This document shows positions 14,466 to 27,764 of a stretch of DNA of 64,000 nucleotides, one piece after another; within the stretch, counting starts at the first letter, position 1; each line of letters opens with the position of its first letter. Source of the stretch: Camelus dromedarius (lineage: Eukaryota); contig NC_087437.1 of assembly GCF_036321535.1 (NCBI RefSeq), positions 77,936,001-78,000,000 on the forward strand, read 5' to 3'. Both the position numbers and the translations under genes were made by a program. The notes beneath the pieces are model-generated. The model made no database searches. It was given only the letters and a program-made list of their open reading frames with translations, and was not told the DNA's origin.

Positions 14466-14634
14466 GGGGGCTTGCTATTCAAATTGCGCCTGCAGACCAC
14501 CAGCATCAATGTCATCTGAGAGTTGGTTAGAAATGCGGAGTCCTGGCCGCACCCTAAACCTACTGAATTAGCGTCCACATTTTAGAAATATTCCCATGTG
14601 ATTCTTATGCACAGCAAACTTGGAGACACACTGC
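14466..14634. mobile_element. MER5-family hAT MITE
   Basis: 'agaccaccagcatcaatgtcatctgagagttggttagaaatgc..cctactgaat...gtgattcttatgcaca'. Confidence 0.75.
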
Positions 14635-14685
14635 ACTAAAGGTATATGTCTAGAAACATATTTTCTTTTTTTAAATTTGATATAT

Positions 14686-15076
14686 TTGTTTTTGTTTTTA
14701 TTGAAGTATAGTCAGTTACAATGTGTCAGTTTCTTGTGTACAGCATAATGTCCCAGTCATGCATATATATACATATATTTGTTTTCATATACTTTTTCAA
14801 TAAAGGTTATTACAAGATACTGAATATAGTTCCCTGTGCTATACAGAAGAAATTTTTAAAATCTATTTTTATATATAGTGGCTAACATTTGCAAATCTCA
14901 GACTCCCAAATTTATCCCTTCCTATCCCCTTTCCCCCGGTAACCGTAAGATTGTTTGCTATGTTTGCTAGTCTGTTTCTGTTTTGTAGATGAGTTCATTA
15001 GTGTCCTCTTTTTTCTTTTCTTTTTTTTTAGATCCCACATATGAGTGATATCATATGGTATTTTTCTTTCTCTTTT
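14686..15076 (-). mobile_element. L1 3' end, 5'-truncated, same camelid-type family as 3165-3373
   Basis: Reverse complement of the same 3'UTR. Includes the ORF2 C-terminus KYHMISLICGI* seen in ORF 15028..15285. Confidence 0.9.
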
Positions 15077-16759
15077 ATTGCATTCAAATCTTCTATAGAA
15101 AGAAAAGGTTTGGAATTTCCTGAAACAATGTGCAATATGTGGGAGTTTTCTAGTCCACAGACAGTAGACTTGAAATCAGTTCTGTAATATTTCAGCCTCC
15201 AGAGTGACAATATCTTTTCCTTGACATATGACTGCTCTCTTCTTGGAAATTCCAGGATGTGAGGTCTTGCAGGAAGCAATGACATTTCTCTTTCAGTGTC
15301 AATACTTCATGGGGAAAAAACATGTATTACTACGGTCGTCAAAAGAGGAATGTCTTAAGTGCATTTTCAACAATTGAAAAGTTTTTCTCATTTTTGCTTT
15401 CTTGTTTTAAGTATTCATTGAGGACATCCCCAAATCCAGTACACATACAATGTGTTCAGAGTACACATTTCCTTCTTACATCATTACTAAATTGTGTACC
15501 TATACTGAACTGCTTCACAAGTTAGTTTGCTGAGTCTAGGCTGAAGTCCAGCAGTTCCCTACAGAGTGGTAAACAGCTGGATGTCTCAGACGTTTCTCCT
15601 ATACCTTTTATAGATCAAAATCTGAATGTGTTTTTCCAGGAAGTGTACCATGAAACTATGAGTGCCTGCTGAAAATCTCTCCTGTCCATAGTAGTGTTCA
15701 ATCCGGACAGATATTTACTCAGAGAAAGCGCTTTTCTGATAATAACATCAACAACAAGCTGTCAAACAGGAAAAACAAAAAAGGTTTTTTTTTTCCATCA
15801 TCATGAAGTGCTGTGATTGAAAATCCATTCTGAAGAAGTTGCCAGTGGTATCATTTCATCTGTAGATCCTAAAATAATGGCAGCTGGCAAATGCTGTGGC
15901 TGATACTTAGGCCTGCCATATGCCATTCAGTATTTTAATGACAGTACTAGTTTTGACCAGCAATTTCCACATGGGAAGTGACATCATGTATTTGCACTTC
16001 TAAATTGTTTGTACAGTTGTGAAGATGAATTTAGACTTAGACATACAGTGGTGGTGTATGATAGAGGTGTTCACCACTAACCCCACGTAGCATGACCTTC
16101 AGAAATCAAAATAACAGTCCTCCTGACCCTCAGATGCTGACATTTGACAAGCCAGCTGGCCTTGCTTGTTCTTGGAAACCTGTATCATCTTTTGTGTCCT
16201 CCCAGATGTTCCTAGCAGTTACTTGCCAGGACTTCACCAAATAAAAATGGTAAAGAATAAAAGAGACACTAGAGATCTTTCCTAGAAACTTCACTAGATG
16301 GTTACTTTTATATTTTCAACACAGTCATTTCTAAGATAATACAATCATTAGGCATTTGAAGAATTACAGCTGATATCAGTGAATGATCACTGGCATTTTT
16401 CATATTTATAATAATAGTTCCTTCTGGGTAAATGGGCTGACCTTGGAAGATACAATGTAGTTGTACAGGCTTCCAATGGTTTTTCAACAGTTGCATTTTC
16501 AATAGCTGTACTTCTAAAAGACAAATGTAAACATGTGGAAATAGATTATGGTTCGTTATTTTCTTTTTATAAAATAAAATGACCTTAGGAAAATGCCATT
16601 AATTATGTTGTTACCAACTTCCTCTTCAAGATTTTCTAAAGAAAAATCTTAAATCATCATTAGTACATTTTATGACTTCCACTAGAAATTTGCATCAATA
16701 TGCTACTTGAAAATGTGTGTTAACACAAAACTAAAAGAGATATAACACTCAAAATAAAA

Positions 16760-19700
16760 TGAACACATTCATCACATCACATACTTACCTCTTCTTCCCT
16801 TGTGCTACTGTCTTAGCAACTTTCGAATGTATCACTCAGTATTGTTAACTATAGTCATCATACTGTACATTACATCTCCAGAACTCATTCCTCTTAATAA
16901 CTGAAAATTTGTATCCTTTAAAGACCTTCACTCATTTCTCCCACCCCATGTAACCATACCACTGGCAACTAACAATCTATTTCTATGAGTTCAGTTTTTT
17001 TAGATTCCACATACAAGTGAGATCATACAGTATTTGTCTTTCTCTGTTTGACTTATTTCACATAGTGTGTAATGCCCTCAGGGTTCATCCATGTTGTCAC
17101 AAATGGCAGGATTTTCCTTCTCTTTTATAGCTGAAATAATATTCCATTGTACCTGTATATGTATAGGCCACATTTTTTTTTTTACCCATTCATCTGTCCA
17201 TACTAACTTAGGTTGTTTCTATACCTTGAATATTGTAAATAATGCTGCAGTGGACATGGGAGTTAAGATATCTTTTCAGGGTAGTAATTTTATTTCATAC
17301 CAAAATGTAGAATTGCTAGATCATATGGTAGTTCTATTCTTAATCTTTTAAGGAAACTTCATACTGTTTTTTCCATAGTGGCTGTACCACCTTACATTTT
17401 CATCAACAGTGTACAAAGCTTCCCTTTTCTCCACGTCCTCACCAACACTTGTTATCTCTTATCTTTTGGTGATAATGATTCTAACAGTATGAACAAATAT
17501 CTCATTGTGGTTTTGATTTGCATTTTCCTGATGATTAGTGATATTGAGTATGTTTTCATGTAACTGTCGGCAGTTTGAATATCTGCTTTGGAAAAACGTC
17601 TATTCAGGTCCTCTGCCCATTTTGAAATCAGAATTTGGCTATTGAGTTGTGTGAGTTCCTTATATATTTCAGATATTAACCCCTTATCAGACATGCCTTG
17701 CAAATATTTTCTCCCTTTCAGCATGTTTCCTTTTCATTTTGTTGATGGTTTCCTTTGCTATGCAGAAGATTTTAGTTTGATATAGTTACACTTTTTTAAT
17801 TTTTGCTTTTGGTGTCAAATTCAAAAGCTCATTTCCAATGCTGATGTTAAGAAGCTTATCCTTATGTTTTCTTCTACAAGTTTTAAGTTTTTAGGTTCTT
17901 AAATTTAAGTCTTTAATCTATTTTAAGTTAATTTTTATGTTTGTATAGGATATAGGTCCAGTTTCATTATTTCATGTTGCTGGCTTGTTTTCCCAGCAAC
18001 ATTTGTTGAAGAGTCTATTGCTTCCCTGTTGTATGTTTTTGGCTCTGTTGTTGTAAATTAATTGACCACATGCATATAAGTTTATTTGTCGATGCTCTGT
18101 TCTCTTCCATTGACCAAATTGTCTGCTTTTATGCCAACACCATACTGTTTTGTTATATATAGCTTTCTTAAATAGTTAGAAATTAAGAAGTATAATGCCT
18201 CCATCTTTGTTCTTATCAAGCTTACTTTGGCTATTTGGGGCCTTTTGTGGCTCCATACAAATTTTAAGATTATTTTTTCTATTTCCATAAAAATGCCATT
18301 GGAGTTTTGATAGGGATTGCATTCAATCTGGAGATCATTTGGATTGTATGGACATTTTAGCAATATTAATTCTTCCAATCCATGAGCATAGAATATCTTT
18401 TCATTTATTTGTATTTTCTTCAATTTCTCTTATTAATGCCTTATAATTTTTAGTGTACAGATCTTTTATATCCTTGGTTAAATTTATTCTTTTTTTTAAA
18501 ATTCTTTTTGATGCTATTGTAAATGGGATTGTTTTCTTAATTTCTCTTTCTGATAGTTACTGTTAGTATATAGAAATATAATTGATTTTTATACATTGAT
18601 TTTGTATCCTCAACTTTCCTGAATTTGTTTATTAGTTCTAGTATTTGGAGTTTTCTATATATTATATGTCAACTGCAAATAGAAACAATTTTACTTTTTC
18701 TTTCTAATTTGGATGCTTTTTTTTTTTTTCTTTTTTCTCGCCTAACTGCTCTGACTGGGATTTTCAGTAATGTGTTGAATTAAAGTGGCAATAGTGAGCA
18801 TCCTTGTCATGTTCCTAATCTTAGAAGAAGATCTTTCAGCTTTTCACCATTTTGTATGATGTTAGCTGTGGGCTCATCATAAAAGTCCTTTATTATGTTG
18901 AGTTACATTTCCTCTATACTCAGTTTGTTGAGAGTTTTTGTCATAAATGGATGTTTCATTTTGTCAGATGCTTTTTCTGCATCTATTGAGGTGATCATAT
19001 TTTTATTCTTCATTTTGTTAATGCAATGAAGGCATTGCTTTTTTGGATATTGAGCCATCCTTGCATTCCAGGAACAAATCCCACTTGATCATGGTTTATG
19101 ATCCTTTTAATCTTGAATTTAGTTTGCTAACATTTTGTTGAGGGTTTTTGCATTTATGTTCATCAAATATATTTCCCTGTAGTTTTCTTTTCTTATAGTG
19201 TCCTTGTCTGGTTCTGGTATCAGGTAATGGTAGTGCTTCTCTCATAAATTAAGCTTGAAGTGTTCCCTTTTCTTCTGTTTTTGGAAGGGTTTGAGAAGGT
19301 TTGGTGTCAGTTGTTTTTAAAATGTTTGGTAGAGTTAACCAGTGAAACCATCTGGTCCTGGATTTTTTTTGTTGGAATTTTTTGATTACTGATTCAATCT
19401 CCTTATTAGTATTTGCTTTGTTCAGATTTTCTATTTCTTCATGATTTAGTCTTAGTAGCTGGTATGTCTTAGGAATGTATCCATTTCTTTTAGGTTTTCC
19501 GATTTGTTGACATATAATTGTTCACAGGATTCTTTTGAGCCTATGTATTTCTGTGGTGTCAGTTGTAATATCTCCTCTTATTTCTAATTTTATTTGAGTC
19601 CTCTTTTTTTCTTGGTGAGTCAACTAAAAGTTTGCCTATTTTATTTATCTTTTAAAAAACCCAGCTCTTAGTTTTATTTATACTCTCTATTGTCTTTTTA

Positions 19701-21560
19701 GCTTCTTTTAAAATTTATTTTCACTATTATTTGTTATTTCCTTTCTTTACTAACTTTGGGCTTAGTTTGTTCTTCTTTTACTGGTTTCTTGACATGTGAA
19801 GTTAGGTTGCTAGTTGAGATCTTTCTTTTCTCAATGTAGGCATTAATTGCTATAAACTTCCCTCTTAGAACTATTTTTGTAGCATTACATTTGTAATGTT
19901 ATAGTTCCATTTTCATTTTTCTTGAGGTAACTTTTGACTTCTCTTTTGATTTTTTCTTTGACCCATTGATTGTTCAGTAGCATATTGCTTAAGCTCCACT
20001 TTTTGTGAATTTTGATTTTTTTCTTGTAATTAATTTCTAATTTCATACCATTGTGGTCAAAATAGATGCTTGATATAATTTAAATCTTCTGAAGTTATTA
20101 AGACTTGTTTTGTGGCCTAACATATATATATTCTGGAGAATGTTCTATATGTGTTTGAAAAGAATGTGTATTCTGCTTTTATTGAATGAAATGTTCTGTA
20201 ATGTATGTTAAGTCCATTTAGTCTTACATGTAGTTTAAGTTCAATGTTTCCCTCTTGATTTCTGTCTAGATGATCTATCTATTGTTGAAAATAGGGTAAT
20301 AAAGTTGTTTATTATTATTATTATTGTTATTATTATTATTATTATTATTAATTTTCTTCTATGTTACTCTCTTCAAGTCTGTTCATAGTTGCTTTCTATA
20401 TTTAGGTGCTCCTACATGGTATATAAATATTTGCAAATATTATATCCTCTTGTTGGATTGACCCCTTTATTATTACATAATGATTTTTTTTGTTTCTTTC
20501 TTTTTACACTGTCTTGTCTGACATAAATATAGCTTCTTCTGCTTTCTTTTGGTTCCCCTTTGCATTGAATATATTTTTCATTCTTTTACTTTCAGTCTGT
20601 GTGTGTTGTTAAAGCTGAAGTGAGTCTCTTGTAGGCAGTACATAGTAGGATCTTGTTTTATGATCCATATAGCCACTGTATGTCTTTTAATTAGAGAATT
20701 TAGTCCATTTACACTTAAAGTAAATGGAGAAGCTGGGAGGTGAGATTTTTTTTCCCTGACTCTCTGCACTGGTCCCATGATATAGCCATGGTGGTGGTGG
20801 CAAGAGGTGTTCTGTACTCTCTAATAATTACTTCTTTATTGTATAGTTCTATGGAAATTATAAATATAAGCCTTTTGCCTATCAGAGCCAGGTGATCCAG
20901 GGGCCTGTCCCTTAGGCAGCAGTCACAGAAGTTGGGGTGTCAGTCATATGTACAATCTCCTTTCGAGGAGATAGTGGTGACTTGGAGCAAGCTAGAGGGA
21001 GAGGGCAGGGGAAGTGTCCAGAAGCTTCCCTGTTCTCTGGGCTGGATCATGTCTATCCCCAGATGTGTGCTGTAGTAGACACTTGATGCTCAGGCAGCAG
21101 CTTTTAAGGTATGAAAATAAACATCTTTCAGGGAAAGCCTAGGAGATGGGTGTTTCTGTCTGCTTCCTCTGCACTGAGCCCTGGGGGTTGGGGGTAGCCA
21201 CTGCAAGTCCTTGTGAGCCTTTTAAGAGCTGTTTATTTATTTGCTCTATAGTCTTATAGGTCTCATGGATGCAAGCACCATCGACTTTCAGAGCTAGTTG
21301 TTTTGGCAGCCTGTCCCTCAAGTGAGAATCTTACATGTTGGGGCACTAAATGGAGGGTTCAGATGCCTTTCTCCTCAGGGAGAAGCTGGGACTTCCCTCC
21401 TGATTGTGTGGGGTTGTGCCAGAGGTGGAGTTCATGGTGATAGTGTGTCTCAGCCTTTCCTATCCGTTTTAATGTGGGTGATGTGGATATTTTCTTGTTC
21501 ACCTAATGAAGAGTCACTCAGTTAGTGTCTAGATTTTTTTTTTCAGAAGAAATTGTCCTG
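16760..21560 (-). mobile_element. Old L1 (L1MA8/9-like 3' end) with decayed near-full-length ORF2 and a 5'UTR, but no ORF1
   Basis: ORF2 N-terminal endonuclease motif TLSVNGLNSLIKRH..QDPT.YCLQETH at ~20580-20722. Further fragments ([35 protein letters not shown]) and C-terminus DKYCMISLVCGI* at ~17000. GC-richer L1 5'UTR-type sequence at 20725-21560. Many stops and frameshifts. Confidence 0.9.
20311..20350. repeat. (ATT)n microsatellite inside L1
   Basis: attattattattattgttattattattattattattatta. Confidence 0.9.
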
Positions 21561-21754
21561 AAAATTAGCACAAGGACCCAAGAACTATATTTGACAACAG
21601 AGGCTTAACCCAGAGGCAAGCAAATTGAGCATAGGTCCTATAGACTGTAAGGGTCTTTGCTATGTGATCTCTAGTAATGACAGATTTCCCCCAATGGATG
21701 TGTAACTTCACCTGATGGTATTGTTTGAGGAAAACATTCTGTAGCTTTATAGTG

Positions 21755-22026
21755 GGGCCCAAAATTCTGCATTTCTAACAGACTTTGAGGTGGTGGTGGT
21801 GCTGTTTGTCTGCAGAGCACACTTGTAGTAATGCGCCATTAGAGCAGTGCCATTCAAAGTGAGGTTGGTGGACTGACAGCATCACTGTCTCCTGTAGAAA
21901 GTGCAGAGTCTTGACCCTCCCCCCCCCAGACCTAATGAATCAGAATTTCTGGGCAGGGTTCTCAAGTCTCTGTCTTGACAAGCTTCCCTGGGGATTCTGA
22001 TGTACACTAAAGTTTGATGAGCACTG
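21755..22026. mobile_element. MER5-family hAT MITEs (a partial copy followed by a near-complete copy at 21845-22026)
   Basis: 'ctgcatttctaaca..' fragment, then 'cagtgccattcaaagtg...agacctaatgaatcagaa...gattctgatgtacactaaagtttga..gcactg'. Confidence 0.7.
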
Positions 22027-25000
22027 CACTAGAAGGTATTATGTAGAAAATGATGTTGAGGAGGAAGAGAATCACAAGAAATCTTAAATCACTGGACTTA
22101 GATAGTGCATACAAGATTTGTTCCACCAAATATGAATCCAGGCCTTTTGAATAATACATATAAACTGCAAAGAATATTGCCAAACACCAAGGGGTGGATG
22201 TAAATGCTTGCTCTGGAAGGAAAAGATGAGTAATGATGGTTGGCAAGACCTGTAGAAGAATTACCTATGTGTTCTTATATTTTGGCAGCAGTCTAGAGCT
22301 GACCATTCTTGTGTTATGTTTTTCTTAACGTTCTCACAGTGAACACTGAAGGAAAGTCTCTCATGTGTTTGACTGTGAGTCTAATCAATCAAAGCTCAGG
22401 CATGCTATACTACTGTCGGCTATGATTTGTTTTTTTCATTTACTTGTCACAGAATTCTGATAAATTCATTCAAAATGGTCCAGAGCAGGTAAATATATAG
22501 CAATACTATTATAGCTTACATTTTTTCTTTTATGACAGTCTCTAGCACAAAACTTGGCACATGGGAGTTATTCATAATACACTTGAGAAATCATATAGAA
22601 TTTATAGAATTCTATGATGTGCACAATTGAAATTTAATCCAAAAGCCAAGTTACTTGTTGAGGAGTTTGACTGTTTGTTTGAAAAATATTACCCCTTTGT
22701 GATGCAGGTATGGAAACACCATGGGAAAAACTGAGGAAACATTTCAATTCTCATGTTTTTTCTAAAACTTTGCTGTTTGTCTGCAGACACTATTTCATCT
22801 GATTCAGATAAGACATCCCTTCAAAGTATTTAAATTATTTTTTGAGCCACTGAGCCACATTAAACATATAGGCCCTAGTTGTTACCTGTAATTATCTTCA
22901 GAGTTCACAAAAGAATGGTCTTTGATTCATCTCTTGTAATTTTCACCAATTCATAGACACAGCCTGAAAATTTCATATCCTAATCTTGCTAAATTCTTGA
23001 AGGCTGTACCCATACTTTTATCAAACGTGAAGACTGGGTGTAGCATTTTTACTGTCTGTGTGACCTTAGGCAAATCACTTACCCTCTCTAAGCTTCTTGG
23101 TATTACCTCTTACTTGATGAAGATGCCTAGGAGATTCTCCCGACTAGTCCAAATACAAAAAAAAAATCCTTCTTCTGAGTAATTAGGTTGTTTTGATCCC
23201 ATGAACATGGTGAATACTGTAACCAATTTAGTGAGCTGGTAAAGTAGGTAGACAGATAAAAGTTAGGTATGTTACTAACCTAACATCTCTGATTCTCACT
23301 TTTCTCATCTTTAAATGAAAATTTTTTGTGTAAATACAAGGTCATTTCTAATAAAACAAATAAACAAGATGTTGTTCCCCAATTTTATAAATTGATGAAA
23401 ACTTAGGAAATCAAGCATGCAGAATTTTGTCTTTATCTCTATGCTGGCTACTATTTGGTTATTTCAAAGTACCACCAGGGATTAATTTTTTAGTTATTAT
23501 ATTTGGCACTGTGTAGACTTTTCCTTAGCTACTATCCATTTTCTATTACATCCTTGGAAACTGAAAGTCTCAGTGTGTGTAATGTCATTCACAGTGGTTT
23601 CAGGAAGTGCCCAGCCGGTGTTGATGCTTATTCACAATCACATCGTTGTGATTCAGTCTCAGCTCTATCAAATGCTTCTTCTGTTGCATTTCGAAATGGC
23701 TGTGGGACTAAATAAAGTATGCTATGAACTCATGATAACTTACTAACTTACTTCATAGGTAAACTTGTTAACTTATATCTCAAATCGTTTTGTTTAGCAC
23801 TCTGTTTGTTTCTTGTAAATTTTTTATGGGTTCTTTGGAAAGATTTAAAGAGGATCACTATTACATTTTCTCCCCACAAGCAATATATATCACCCACTTC
23901 CTCTAGAATGTGTCTCTAATTTCAGTGACTTCAGTCATGTTAGTTTCTAGGCCCTACAAATTGAAAAAATTTAATAGAAATATTCTTCAAATTTTCACAT
24001 GGCTGAATATAAGACAATACATACAGATATAGTGGAGGAAAGACTATTCCATGAAAATTACCAAAATGAATCAATCAGAGCATCTTAATCCTAGAAACTT
24101 TATTTCCATACAAGAGATATGTGCCAAAGGTTGGAATCTTTTTTTTTTTTTTTTGGTCACTAGAGGGAATATATTCCAGCAAATTCCCTTAAGCATTTTG
24201 TGACATTTTCCCTTTTTATTAAAAAAAAAAAAAAAAACAGAAAGGAAAAAAGTTATAAGAAAATCCACACATAGTAGAAAGATATGACTAAAGATGATTT
24301 ATGTATTGTTTCTACAATTACAGCATAGTATTCATGAGCCCAACTCTCATTCTATCACCAAATGAAGGGATAAGACTGCCAAACTCTCATTCTGTTGTCT
24401 TTACCCTCGTCCTTTTGTGTCAAACTTTCCCTCTTTAAAGGCTTCCATTATGGTCCCTTAGGTATATTTTTTCAGAAAATAAAGTTGTAGAAGGTGGAGA
24501 GGAAGAGGGCCTGGGGCTGGACCTTCTGCTATGGATTATCCTCCATGTTGTACATGGATGAGTCCGTTGTAAACAACACAAGTGAAAATTAGCAGGTGTA
24601 AATCCTACATCTTTACATTGGTGACTTATGATGCTTGAGAATTCAACATGGCATAAACTTGAGGAAGTTAAAATTTATTCCATAGTATGTGAATACACCT
24701 GATTCCATGTATGGTCTTCCCTTGACTTTTTTTTTTTAAAGGACTCATATAGAGAAATTCCTATTTCACTATATCTTTATAGATACAAGTTGTCAATAAG
24801 TTTTAGCTTCTGCTAGACCGTGGTTTTTTTTTTTTTTTTTTTTAAGGAGAGACTAAAATATTCTATTTCCCATTTGATTACCTGAAAGGGAGTGTTTATC
24901 CTATGTGTTCATTCTGTAGTTTGTCCCAGAAATTCTTCAACAGAACATTGGTGCTCAAATCCTATCTTCTAAAGAATTGGATACACAGAAACCTGTGATT

Positions 25001-25824
25001 TGATTTAGTCAGTGAGAATCCTCAGATTTTCCCTACTGTTTTAGCTTTGGGTGGGAGGTAGGGCAAAACTGAATACTCACTAGGATCAAGGCACTCCTGT
25101 GTTCAGAAAGAAGATGGGTTATTGAAAACACTCAGCATATTTTCAGAGAGACCCTTTGATTGGGTTCCACCTGCATCCTCTGTGCTGATAGCACTGTTAG
25201 CAGTTAGAGTAGGCAGGAGCATGGGAGTCCCACCTGGTGCGTCGCATCGCAGCACGGCTGTTCTACATGGGGGTTTCTTAGAACATTAAGCTGCAGTCCT
25301 GGAATTAGTTTTCTCTGAAAGTTTTTTTTAAAATTAGCTTTCAACTATTGGCAATTTTTAAGTTTGTCTAGCCATGTTATTGATTTAAGTTGCTACCTAT
25401 TTTAGGAACTTGTTTTATTTTAGATCAAAATGTGCAAATTTTGAGCATGTTGTTGTTTCTGAATTACAGATTCAGACTTGTTAGCCTTCTAATTTATAAG
25501 CATGAGGACCTAAGGCCCCCCTTGCCCTTGGACTCTTTTCATTTTTTTTTACTGGAGTTCTTTTGACTTTGCTTGCTGGTCTTTGAAATTATGACTAATT
25601 TGAGAGAGATTAGGAACTCTTTAATCTGTGAAGTAGTTACAATCCTCCCTGTGTCTAATTTTCACCATTTGCAGAACTAACCAGACTCCAGAATGTTGGG
25701 GTAGGAACCATCTAACCACATTCATATAGCTATAGCACCTTTAGATGTGGGTATAGGAGATAATATGTTGGCAGTTTAAATATGAGGATGAGCCTTCTTT
25801 GAATATAGCAGGTCACTGTCTGGA

Positions 25825-26590
25825 ATGATGTTCCTGTCAGAAACAGATGGTGTCTTGAAGATGTGACTGAGGAGAGTTTAATGAGGGCACCATTTACATT
25901 TGTGGACAAGATTAAGGGACACTAACAAGGATGGTGAAGCACACTGGGGATCCCGACAGCAGGAAGGTATTACCACCCCATTTCTTGGTGATAAGGCACA
26001 GGGTAATATGGGTATGAGCCCAGATTTATAATTCTTACAACATAGAATAAGTTGGCTTTCCAGAGGTGACATTATGTGGGATGCCGTGGTGAAGAAGGCA
26101 TTGTATAAGTCCGAAGATGGAGCTGGCAATATTGTGGAAGGCAATGAAAACATATCTCTAATGCATCTATTCCTCTGATGAAAAATAATTGTCCCGTCAA
26201 TGACAGAAGATGTCCAGTGTGTCTGGCTGGACCCCTAGTGAATGGTGCCATATTAGGGGGTCAGAATTTGCCTCAGTACTTGTGATAAAAGGAAAAGAAA
26301 AGAATGATCAGGACTCAGTGAGAGCTCTAGTGTAGCTCAGGAAATGTTAAAAAAAAAAAAAAAGCTACTCACACATTGCAGATTATCAATAAAAGAGCTG
26401 AAGGAAAAATACCTTGGCTTACCTTTTTTCCCACCTTTACATTTCCTCATGGCCATACACAAGTGAGCCAAAAGTCAGTGAGCAAGCCTATTTGATGTAG
26501 CCCATAAAGTCAGTGTCCAGAATACAGTGTGGAGTTGGGTAGAGAAGGGTGAAGAGTGGATCTAAAGAGTAAATGGAGAACTTCCCAAAC
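25825..26590 (-). mobile_element. LTR33-family (ERVL) element: two LTR portions around an integrase fragment
   Basis: 25825-25990 matches the reverse-complement LTR33 3' part ('gaaacagatgg..gaggagagtttaatga..aacaaggatggtgaagcac'). 26400-26590 matches the 5' part ('agaagggtgaagagtggatct..aaatggagaa'). The minus strand of 26000-26270 gives ERVL integrase-like YGTI..GID..GL.QCL.HHGIPH..WAH. Confidence 0.7.
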
Positions 26591-26706
26591 TGTCATGCAG
26601 TCCACTGAGTACGCAGAGTCAAATCTGAATGTAGCTACAGTGCTGAAGGCCATTTACAGACATTCAGACTCAATAAACCACACTGAATTACTATGGAACA
26701 TACATT

Positions 26707-26812
26707 GATGTCAGACAGCTTGACTTCAAATCCTGTTTATTAGTTGAGTAACCCTGAACAAGTTTCTTAAGCAATGTGATTCCCAGTCTTAAGATATTTA
26801 AAAAATGGGTAT
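26707..26812 (+). mobile_element. MIR SINE, 5' part (continues at 28342-28405)
   Basis: 'gtcagacagc..ttcaaatcctg..tagttgagtaaccctgaacaagtttcttaa..aaaatggg'. Confidence 0.6.
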
Positions 26813-26814
26813 CA

Positions 26815-27764
26815 TACCTGCTCTAAATGAGTGTTCAATATGTGGTATTGTTTGTTCCATAGTCAGGGTCACAGATCCAGGCATCAGGGGATGGAAACGG
26901 GACCACTCACCACTAGTGATCCATTAGCAAAATTTTGCTTTAAGTCCCCATGTCCTTATGTCCTGTTGGTCTCGAAGTGTTAGTTCCAAAGAGAGGAGTG
27001 CTTCTTCTGGGAGACACAACAATGAGCCCACTGAGCTAGAGGTTGGGACTGTTACCTAGTCACTTTGGGCTCCTCATGCCTCTGAGTCAACAAAGAGAAG
27101 ACTTACCGTACTGGCTGGGAAAATTGATCCTGGTTACCAAAGGCCAATCAGACAGCTGCTATACAGTGTAGGGAAGGATGAGTATATCTGGAATACAGAA
27201 GATTCCTTAGGGCTTTTCTTAGTAGTGTCCTGCCTTATGATTAAAGCTCATGGAAAACTACAACAACCCAGTCCAGGCAGGGCTTTGGGTTACCCCATCA
27301 GGCAAAGGATCACAACCAGCTGAGATACTTGCTAAGGGCACAGGGATTATGAAATAGAAAGTAGAAGAAAGTAGTTGTAAATAATAGCTATGATCACATG
27401 GCCAGTTGCTGAAATGAGGACTGTAATTGTCATGAGTATTTCTTTATAAATATGTGTGTGTGCTATTAAGCAAATATATTTGTCTTCTTCCCTCTCTTAC
27501 CTTATTATCACATAAGATGGATTAACTTTACATTATAGTATTTAAGTATTGTTAACGTTACATCATAGTATTTAAGTTATAGGATATCAAGGAGAAGATT
27601 AAGTATTACCCAAGGACTTTGCATCCCCTTTGGGTTAAGGGTTAGTGCTTTCTCAGTTGTACGTAGGATAGTTGTATCATATGAGGAGGAAGTATGACTT
27701 TGCTCCTGTCTTTATTTGGATATTCAGCATAGTGTAAGGAGATGTGTCTTGGTGCCAAGTTGAC
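26815..27764 (+). mobile_element. ERVL internal 3' region (integrase C-terminus plus dUTPase remnant)
   Basis: Matches ERVL pol/dUTPase: 'cactttgggctcctcatgcctctgagtcaaca', 'ctggctggg..attgatcctg..taccaa', 'ggaaaactacaacaaccc', ending 'ggtgccaagttgac'. Confidence 0.9.

Noticed and set aside
17091..20778. Several ORFs with protein-like sequence
   Set aside because: They are fragments or antisense frames of decayed L1 ORF2, not host genes.
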